Part shown: piece by piece, positions 15,493 to 22,611 of the stretch
Numbering within the stretch: the first letter of the stretch is position 1
Layout: every line of letters starts with the position of its first letter
Notes under the pieces: generated by a model
Databases searched by the model: none
The model's input: only the letters and a program-made list of their open reading frames with translations
Told to the model about the DNA's origin: nothing
Translations under genes and position numbers: made by a program
Assembly (NCBI GenBank): GCA_048939015.1
Contig: JBHLPW010000070.1
Span: 1 to 22,611 of the forward strand
Source of the DNA: Promethearchaeota archaeon
GTDB lineage: Archaea; Asgardarchaeota; Lokiarchaeia; Sigyniarchaeales; SOKP01
Reading direction: 5' to 3'
Length of the DNA stretch: 22,611 nt

Positions 15493-16986
15493 ATGGTGGA
15501 TTTAATAGAATTAGGGCAACCTCAGGATTTCTGGGAATATTTCTTAAAGATATTAGAAATTCCTAGATGTAGTAGAAATGAAGAAAAATTAAGAGAATTT
15601 ATTAAGAGTGAGGCAGAAAAATTTGGGTTCATTTCAAAAATTGATGAAATAGGAAATATTGTTGTAAGAATTCCTGCTAGTAATCAGAAATTAAAATGTG
15701 TTTTACAGTGCCATATGGACATGGTATGTGAGAAAAATGAAGGTATTATGCACGATTTCTCAAAAGATCCTTTAAAACCAAAAATTATAGAGATTGAGGG
15801 TAAAAAATGGATTACAGCAGAAGGAACTACATTAGGTGCTGATAATGGTGTAGGGGTATGTTTTCTTCTAAGTATCATGAAAGGGATTTATAATGGTAAA
15901 TTAAAGTTTAATAAAATTGGTTTGAACTTATTATTCACAGTCCTAGAAGAATATAATATGGGAGGAGCGAAGAACATTCAATCAGGCTTTGTTGATGGAG
16001 CTTATCTGATCAATCTTGATTCTGGCCATAATGCAATTACAATTGGTTGCACAGGTGGAATTGGATTTCATACAAGAATTAAAAAACAGTCAGTTTTGCT
16101 GGATCGAGAACAATTAAAACTTAACCCCATCAAACTTTTAATCTTTGGATTAGTCGGAGGTCATTCTGGAAGATGTGACAAAGGTCAAGCCCATGCAATT
16201 ATTATATTATCTCAAATTCTATGGAAATTAAATAGTAAATTTAAATTCTATATTAATTCTATACATGGTGGAACTGCCACTAATGCAATAACTAGAGAAG
16301 CTAAATCAATATTATTTATAAAGGAAGACCAGTTCAAAGATATCCAATCTTTTACTTTTGATATTTTTAAAGAAATTAAAAAGCTCTATAATGGAATCGA
16401 AAAAAATATGGATATTTCGATTGAAAAGATAAATGATTTTTCAAGTAATGAAGCCATCTCAGAAGACGTACAAAATAAATTACTAGATCTCTTATATTTA
16501 TTCCCTAATGGTCCTATTGCATTCCACCCTAAAATTAAGGATTTAATGTTTACTTCTACAAATTTAGGTAAAATAAGAACAAGAGAAGATCATATTAAAA
16601 TTAGATGGCTACATAGAAGCTTAAGTAGCTATTATAACAAAGATATATATGAAAAAATTCTAAGGATACTTGATCTTTCAGGTTTAGAGATGGAACATAA
16701 GTATCGTGACAGTTATCCGCCTTGGGAGCCGAATTTTAAATCTAAACTCTTAAAAATTGCTCAAGAAACCTATAAAGATTTGTATAAAGAAGATCCTGCA
16801 ATAAAAATAATACATGGAGGGTTAGAAGCTACGTTGTTAATAGATAAGATTCCAGGTATTGATGCAATAGCATTTGGTGCTCATTCTAAACAACTTCATT
16901 CTCCTGATGAGCGTTTAGAAATTAAATCAGTAGAAAAGACTTGGAATTTTCTTATACAATTACTTAGGAGTTTAGATAAAAAATAG
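15493..16986 (+). CDS. pepD: Aminoacyl-histidine (beta-Ala-His) dipeptidase, peptidase M20
   Basis: IPRCS.NE, LQCHMDMVCEKN, TTLGADNGVG, EE, INLDS, GGHSG, NAITREA, IHGGLE, HSPDERL. Confidence 0.93.
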   Translation: MVDLIELGQPQDFWEYFLKILEIPRCSRNEEKLREFIKSEAEKFGFISKIDEIGNIVVRIPASNQKLKCVLQCHMDMVCEKNEGIMHDFSKDPLKPKIIEIEGKKWITAEGTTLGADNGVGVCFLLSIMKGIYNGKLKFNKIGLNLLFTVLEEYNMGGAKNIQSGFVDGAYLINLDSGHNAITIGCTGGIGFHTRIKKQSVLLDREQLKLNPIKLLIFGLVGGHSGRCDKGQAHAIIILSQILWKLNSKFKFYINSIHGGTATNAITREAKSILFIKEDQFKDIQSFTFDIFKEIKKLYNGIEKNMDISIEKINDFSSNEAISEDVQNKLLDLLYLFPNGPIAFHPKIKDLMFTSTNLGKIRTREDHIKIRWLHRSLSSYYNKDIYEKILRILDLSGLEMEHKYRDSYPPWEPNFKSKLLKIAQETYKDLYKEDPAIKIIHGGLEATLLIDKIPGIDAIAFGAHSKQLHSPDERLEIKSVEKTWNFLIQLLRSLDKK

Positions 16987-16996
16987 GTGAGCTTTT

Positions 16997-17236
16997 ATAG
17001 GAGAGTTATCTAAGATTGCTATCATTTCTGATATTCATGCAAATATATACGCTTTAAATAGATTTCTTCAATACATAGATGAAAACTTTCAAGTTGACAA
17101 AATTCTGAATTTAGGAGATTTTGTACATATTGGTCCCCATCCTTACGAAGTTTACCTTTTTATCTGAGAACGAAAAATCTTTTTTTTATTCCCTTCCTCT
17201 AATTTTTATGGAAATCACAAAAAGAGAATTAATTAA
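16997..17236 (+). pseudogene. Truncated calcineurin-like metallophosphoesterase (YfcE/MJ0936-type) remnant
   Basis: Not in the ORF track. Translates IGELSKIAIISDIHANIYAL...KILNLGDFVHIGPHPYEV, stop TGA 17165-17167, then in-frame GNH at 17210-17218 and TAA ending 17236. Confidence 0.8.
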
Positions 17237-17714
17237 GTATAAAGAAAGAAAATTTCCGGAAGAGATATGTTTTAAGCCAATTGGTATAATTCACACCCCT
17301 TTTAAAAATCTTAAGGGGATCCCTATTCAGTCATCAATGTCAAATGAAACAGCAATCATTGAAGTATTCCGTGAATATCAGTCTGGTCTAAAGGATTTAT
17401 TTGGTTTTTCTCATATTTATTGTTTATATTATTTTGATATGGTGAAATTACCTGTCCCACTGCAATCGAAACCTTTCTTGGATAATAATTTAAAAGGAGT
17501 TTTTGCTATTCGAACCCCATTCCGACCAAATCCTATAGGGCTTTCGATCCTTAAAATACTAGGAATAAGAGAGAATAAAATCAAAGTGAAAAATGTTGAT
17601 ATTTTAGATAAAACTCCTCTTCTTGACTTAAAACCTTATGTTTCAAAGTTTGACAATGTCCAAACCACCAAAATTGGGTGGTTGGAAAATAAAATCAAAG
17701 AAATACTTAGTTAA
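17208..17714 (+). CDS. trmO: tRNA (N6-threonylcarbamoyladenosine37-N6)-methyltransferase TrmO/TsaA family
   Basis: KPIGIIHTPF, PIQ, GLKDL.GFSHI, GVFAIRTPFRPNPIGLS, DILDKTPLLDLKPY. ATG 17208 preferred over TTG 17121. Confidence 0.9.
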   Translation: MEITKRELIKYKERKFPEEICFKPIGIIHTPFKNLKGIPIQSSMSNETAIIEVFREYQSGLKDLFGFSHIYCLYYFDMVKLPVPLQSKPFLDNNLKGVFAIRTPFRPNPIGLSILKILGIRENKIKVKNVDILDKTPLLDLKPYVSKFDNVQTTKIGWLENKIKEILS

Positions 17715-17726
17715 AGCATTAAAACT

Positions 17727-19130
17727 TTAATTTAATAATTCATTCTTCCTTTTACGGACTCTTATTGCTTGAATAGCAATGGTTTCAAGAAGTCTGCGTT
17801 GATTTGTAGATAACCAAGGCCCCTCACAGTCTATAGCAGCATAAGGAATATCACTTTTGTTAGCTAAAGGGCGAATTATAGCTTGTGAGTTCATAGCAGG
17901 TTGACAATTGAATGCTCCCATATTTATTAATCCATCGAACACACATGATTTAATTGCATGGATAAACCTTCCAGTTATTACTGGTGTTTCAGTCAAACTA
18001 TTTGATGTTACATACTTATTACCAGCTTCAATAAGATCAATATAATCTACATGAGGATCAAACATTAAGCCTGTCTTACTCATTATTTTTCTATATATAT
18101 TACATTGTGAAGCTAGAAATTCCATTTTATCCAATCCTCTTTTTGCTTTTACAGCATCATTTTTATATTGCTCTTCTACATTTGAAATGTCTAACGAAGC
18201 TTCTTCAAATTGCAGTCTAGGATTAAAAATGCTCTTTTTAAAACCGTATCGCATCACTGGTTCAGACAATAGCAAGTTTAATGATTCAACAAGATCGACA
18301 ACTTTAACAATTATTCCTTTTTCAAGAAAATATTCTTCTACGGGATAGTGATTAAATAATAAGTTTAAACCCCCAAAAATCAAGATTTTAGGAGTTTTTT
18401 CAACTTTAGCCTTCAATGGAATTGTAGACACCTCTCGTGCCCATCTGATTAGTCCAGTTCGTAAGGATTTTCTCCCTACTTTCACATTATTTATAAACTC
18501 ATCTGTGATCGCTTCAAATTGATCAATTGCTAAATATTTATCTTTGGCAACACATTGTAGTGCATTACGTGCTTCCACGAGATAATGACCGATAATAAAG
18601 TTTACCTGTTCAATTAAAATAATCTCTGGTTTTAATCCTAAGTATTTATTTTTATAACTAGGACCTATACAAAAAAATGCATCTTTTATGTTCTGTCGTT
18701 TTTTAAATAAGATATCCCAGAGAACGGGCCATGCTCCATTTTGGCAAGGACCATGCTGATTCAATGGATCACGATAAATTGTAATTTCATTTTTTTCCCG
18801 ATATTCATTAATATCTTTTAAAATCGATCCTGCAATTGCTAGACTGGGAACACATTCTCTACCAGAGCATACTTGTTTTGCGTATTTCAATATATTTTCA
18901 TCAGTCTCTTGACTTACTCTAATTTTTCTATTATGTTGATTGTATAAATTTATTACAAGACGTGCTCCATATGGATTTCGAGCTGCTGGTTCAACAAATA
19001 CAATCCTAGGATCATCATAATCCACTCTTTTGCCTTTACTATCTATAATATACTCATAATTTTTTGAAAACTTAATTTCTCCTACAAATTTCGATGATAA
19101 TTCTACATCACTCATAATTTTATGCTTCAC
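17727..19130 (-). CDS. Fe-S reductase/dehydratase partner subunit (PlsR-like)
   Basis: CSGRECVP, GPCQNGAW, ETPVITG, FDGLINMGAFNCQP, PYAAIDCEG..RLLET. GTG start overlaps the upstream TAG (TAGTG). Confidence 0.8.
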   Translation of the reverse strand: MKHKIMSDVELSSKFVGEIKFSKNYEYIIDSKGKRVDYDDPRIVFVEPAARNPYGARLVINLYNQHNRKIRVSQETDENILKYAKQVCSGRECVPSLAIAGSILKDINEYREKNEITIYRDPLNQHGPCQNGAWPVLWDILFKKRQNIKDAFFCIGPSYKNKYLGLKPEIILIEQVNFIIGHYLVEARNALQCVAKDKYLAIDQFEAITDEFINNVKVGRKSLRTGLIRWAREVSTIPLKAKVEKTPKILIFGGLNLLFNHYPVEEYFLEKGIIVKVVDLVESLNLLLSEPVMRYGFKKSIFNPRLQFEEASLDISNVEEQYKNDAVKAKRGLDKMEFLASQCNIYRKIMSKTGLMFDPHVDYIDLIEAGNKYVTSNSLTETPVITGRFIHAIKSCVFDGLINMGAFNCQPAMNSQAIIRPLANKSDIPYAAIDCEGPWLSTNQRRLLETIAIQAIRVRKRKNELLN

Positions 19131-22081
19131 TAAACTACAATTGATAATAATTCTACTTTTTTCATTCGACGTTCTTCGATAATATCAAGAAAGGCACCTA
19201 CTCTTGTTTCAAAACCCGCGTGGGCAGTATGAGAATCGATCTCAAGATAACAAAAAGTAAGTCCGGCAAGGTCATACCTAAATTTATGATACATTGTACC
19301 ATCAGGACCACAGGAAAAACAAGAAACAAGACAAATATATAGGTTGGGATAATTTTTCACATATTGTATTGCATTATCAATTTTTTGTGTATAACTCCAT
19401 ACATTTCTCTCATATATATGATCCCCTTTTGATAACATTTGTAACATATCAGCAGGTATTGCGTTATAACCTCTACTGACAATTTTTCGAGGGAGCGCAA
19501 TATTAATTTCTGGTGGATAGACAACATAAGGTCTACCTGCAATTATAACACTCGGTTCATTTAATAATTTCTTTAGTTTTTTTTTTCCTTCTTCTCTGTA
19601 TTTTTCCCAGAATTTATTGTTATGGTTTAATGCTTTCTGTCCTGCTTTAATTCCTTCTTCAAAACTCAACCCTATCTTTACTGCAATTCTGCCAAATTCA
19701 TTAAGGGTCATTTGTATCAAATGAAGAGAAGTTCCTATATGAGGTGATAATATCCTATCACTTACATGCTCAAATTGAGCTCGTATCACATCAGCAATAA
19801 TCGTGGTAGAAGGGCAAGTATAACCATGTAAAAATCCATCGGGAATTTCATATTCAATTTCTCGAGGGATAAAAATATAACTCACATCACGTTTTATTAG
19901 GTAATCCACTTCTCTGTGAACCAATTCACATGGATAACATATAGAAGCAAGAGCATTAATTGTATCTTTTTTGGATCCTTGAGAAATTTCTACATTGAAT
20001 CCAAGTTCATTGATAAATTTTACATATAAAGGGAACAATGTGTAAACTGTGAGTGCCATTGGAAGTCCAATTGTTCCTCGCGAATTTTCAATATTTCGAG
20101 CTCCAAATTCTTCAAACATCATTTTATTTCGGAATGCTACTAAATCTTGACCTTCTTTTATTTTAGTACTCTTTTGGCGTAATAATCTGTATTTTGAACA
20201 CACACCACCAAACGGGTAGATTTTTCCCCTTATATATATGTTTTGAATTTCACAATTATTCTCACACGACATGCATCTAAATGTTTTTCTTAGTTCAATT
20301 TCACCTGTTTCGAGTTTTGTTAAATCAAACTCTCGCTCAGAGATGATACCTTCCCTTAAAAGATCTCTTGCCATTAGTGCCGTTCCAATACACCCCATAA
20401 GTTCAGGGTGCGAAGGCACAATTACTCTTCGTTCCAAATGAGCCGCCATGGCTAGAGCAACCGATCTGTTTAAAGCAACTCCACCAAGAAATAGAATATT
20501 TTTTCCTACTTGACGAGGACCTATAATTCGAGAAATATAGTTTTCTGCAATTGAATAAACAAGTCCTGCAACAACATCTTCTCGTTTAGCACCTTGTTGA
20601 AGAGCATTTCTTAGGTCGGTATTGATGAACGCGGCACATCTTTCTCCAAATGCTATAGGAGCTAGACTTTTTATTGCAATATTACTAATTTCTTCTATTC
20701 CAATCCCCATATCAACTGAAGCAGATTCCTCAAGAAAACTTCCTGTCCCTGCCGAACAGCCCTCATTCATAGCATAATCAATTGGTACTCCTTGTAAAAA
20801 TGATATAAATTTCGAATCCTGACCCCCAATTTCAAAAACAGTGTCAACATTTGGGAGTTCCTCAACAGCTGCTCTAGCATGTGCTAATATCTCATTAAAA
20901 CTCCGACAATTATTTAAATATACTGAAACTATCTCTCTTGCTGATCCAGTCACTCCACATTGTATTACTTTAACAATTTTATTACTTAACTGATCTATTA
21001 GTCCCTTTATACACGATTTTGTTGCTAGGATAGGATTTCCCAATGTTCTTAAATAAACACTAGCACAAATTAAACCATCAGATACATTAAACAAGACAGC
21101 TTTCGTTGTAGTTGAGCCAGCGTCTATTCCGAGGATATAAGAGTCACCCTCAATAATTTTCTCCTGATTATTTTTAGTTACACGATAATCTAAAAGAGAT
21201 TCTGTGCCTTTAAGAGGTTTATGCCTCTTGAATTCAATTGTTGTATCCTTAAACCATTTTTTATTAGGTGTACACTCCTCCTGAATCTCTGATGCAAATA
21301 AAGAGGCTCCAAAAACAGCTAGATAAGGACTTTCTGGTAGAATTTTAATTTCAGATGAAGTTAGAAATTCTTGAAGGTGTTTAATAAATATTTTGTTTTG
21401 TGAAACGCCTCCAGAGACGACTATTAAACCTGTAGGCCACTGTGCTGAATCAATCATTTTGCTGACCTTACTCGCTAAATCATGGATTAATGTTTTTGCA
21501 ATATCCTCTGGTTGACATTCACCTTTATTTAGCTTATGAGTTGCATCGGATTTACAATGAACAGAACAACGAGTGGCTAACTGAGTATATTTACCATGCC
21601 GACTTGCCTCAATACCTTCTTCTATTGTCATTCCCATTCTTTGAAGTTGTTGAATTATGAACTCACCTGTTCCCGCAGCACACTTAGTAGTAGATATAAT
21701 ATTTTTTATTCTACCATTTTTCATAGGGTAAACACTAAAAGTTTCTCCACCTAGAGAGATTAAAATATCAGGTTTTAGATTGTAGTATGATAATGCTTTT
21801 TCTAAGCATTCCACTTCGGAAATATATGGTAAATTTAGAAAACTACTAGTAGCTTGACCCGTTATGACGATATTTGATTGACTATTTACACTATAGCGAT
21901 CAAATATTTTTTTTATCGTTTTTCTTGGAGAACCCTCATGTCGTACAACTTCACTTATTATTTGTCCACTTTCCGTTCTGCGGACCCATTTTACTGAAAC
22001 TGCGCCAATTTCTAAGCCTTCAAAATATTGAATTTCTTGTTGATTTATACCAGAAAGCGTCTCATTTAGCATTTTCTTCAC
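19130..22081 (-). CDS. Tandem activase-activase-DUF2229 protein (PlsA-like CoA-activase fusion)
   Basis: Activase 1: GLEIGAVSVK, GGET, KCAAGTGEF, RCSVHCKSD. Activase 2: GIDAGSTTTK, EIGGQDSK, CSAGTGSF, RCAAF. Cys linker CMSCENNC..GGVC. Reductase domain: GLPMAL, CYPCE, YTCP, GRPY, FSCGPD, EIDSHTAHAG..TRVGAF. Start GTG 22081 or ATG 22072. Confidence 0.9.
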   Translation of the reverse strand: MKKMLNETLSGINQQEIQYFEGLEIGAVSVKWVRRTESGQIISEVVRHEGSPRKTIKKIFDRYSVNSQSNIVITGQATSSFLNLPYISEVECLEKALSYYNLKPDILISLGGETFSVYPMKNGRIKNIISTTKCAAGTGEFIIQQLQRMGMTIEEGIEASRHGKYTQLATRCSVHCKSDATHKLNKGECQPEDIAKTLIHDLASKVSKMIDSAQWPTGLIVVSGGVSQNKIFIKHLQEFLTSSEIKILPESPYLAVFGASLFASEIQEECTPNKKWFKDTTIEFKRHKPLKGTESLLDYRVTKNNQEKIIEGDSYILGIDAGSTTTKAVLFNVSDGLICASVYLRTLGNPILATKSCIKGLIDQLSNKIVKVIQCGVTGSAREIVSVYLNNCRSFNEILAHARAAVEELPNVDTVFEIGGQDSKFISFLQGVPIDYAMNEGCSAGTGSFLEESASVDMGIGIEEISNIAIKSLAPIAFGERCAAFINTDLRNALQQGAKREDVVAGLVYSIAENYISRIIGPRQVGKNILFLGGVALNRSVALAMAAHLERRVIVPSHPELMGCIGTALMARDLLREGIISEREFDLTKLETGEIELRKTFRCMSCENNCEIQNIYIRGKIYPFGGVCSKYRLLRQKSTKIKEGQDLVAFRNKMMFEEFGARNIENSRGTIGLPMALTVYTLFPLYVKFINELGFNVEISQGSKKDTINALASICYPCELVHREVDYLIKRDVSYIFIPREIEYEIPDGFLHGYTCPSTTIIADVIRAQFEHVSDRILSPHIGTSLHLIQMTLNEFGRIAVKIGLSFEEGIKAGQKALNHNNKFWEKYREEGKKKLKKLLNEPSVIIAGRPYVVYPPEINIALPRKIVSRGYNAIPADMLQMLSKGDHIYERNVWSYTQKIDNAIQYVKNYPNLYICLVSCFSCGPDGTMYHKFRYDLAGLTFCYLEIDSHTAHAGFETRVGAFLDIIEERRMKKVELLSIVV

Positions 22082-22322
22082 TATTGAGCTAGTATTGAAT
22101 ATTTTCCCTAGACATCAACTGATTTAAATAGATAAAGAAAAAAAATTATAAACATATATTAAAATATTATACCACAAAAAATATGATTATTGATATTATT
22201 CTATTAAGCTCATTAAATGAATGTTCAATCCCAAATACCAGATAAATTTATAAAATCAGTCCATAAATATTCTTTAGATAAAATTAACTATTAAAAAAAA
22301 TGTTAACTTTTATTAAATAATA

Positions 22323-22340
22323 TGAATGAACGTTCGTTCA
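22323..22340. promoter_or_regulatory. Near-perfect 18-bp palindrome, candidate TetR/FadR-type operator
   Basis: TGAATGAAC|GTTCGTTCA with 8 of 9 pairs matching. Weaker copy TAAATGAATGTTCAATCC at 22214-22231. Confidence 0.55.
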
Positions 22341-22611
22341 ATTAAAGAAAAAAGTCATCTGCTAGTTTAATATTTAATAGGATTATTGGTTTTAAGTTAC
22401 AAACAAAAACTTTCTTAATATAATTCATTTGTTTTATGGAATAAGGGTAAAAAGAATCATTAAATTTTAACTTTAAAAGAAAATCCGTGATAAAATAATC
22501 CCAATTCAGTCCAAATTAAATCATTTTAAATATAAATATAAGTAACATAACATATAATTAAATTTTTAGCGGTTTTAATCAGACGAATATTATATTCAAT
22601 CTAGATCAACT

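Noticed and set aside
15684-15878. 64-aa antisense ORF
   Set aside because: Shadow of pepD.
17165-17167. TGA read as selenocysteine in the phosphoesterase remnant
   Set aside because: The position is not a Cys site in that family, readthrough would still stop at 17236 without motifs IV-V, and I recognised no SECIS.
17121-17207. N-terminal extension of trmO from TTG 17121
   Set aside because: Overlaps the phosphoesterase remnant and a T-tract; ATG 17208 is more plausible.
19120-19140. PlsA/PlsR-like split as a frameshift pseudogene
   Set aside because: The break falls in an inter-domain linker with a clean TAGTG stop/start overlap, as expected for translational coupling. Not fully excluded without reads.
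19294-22092. Short ORFs 19294-19479, 19357-19542 and 21874-22092
   Set aside because: Nested in or overlapping the PlsA-like gene; no independent evidence.

Overview
AT-rich window of an anaerobic archaeal chromosome, most likely Asgard (Lokiarchaeia/Promethearchaeia-like). The basis is a roadblock/longin/V4R gene cluster, a membrane-anchored NosD beta-helix protein, GGTGA/GGAG ribosome-binding sites and oligo-T terminators. About 23 CDS and one unannotated gene remnant are supported; I saw no rRNA, tRNA, CRISPR array or transposase. Two candidate systems stand out. (1) Two ATP-dependent Fe-S 'activase + reductase/dehydratase' loci have the architecture of bacterial plasmalogen synthase (PlsA/PlsR) and glycerol-ester reductase (Ger). 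One is operonic with a small helical protein and a PlsC-fold acyltransferase lacking its catalytic His, suggesting ester-to-ether lipid remodelling in an archaeon. (2) A GTPase-less four-gene cluster (roadblock, V4R/Bet3-like, longin-roadblock fusion, amphipathic-helix roadblock-like) resembles a proto-Ragulator/TRAPP complex. Also seen: a stand-alone C2-like protein, a stand-alone 7TM protein, two apparent ATA start codons at identical spacing from GGTGA, a truncated metallophosphoesterase and a FadR/TetR-like palindrome. All family calls come from reading motifs by eye; no searches were run.
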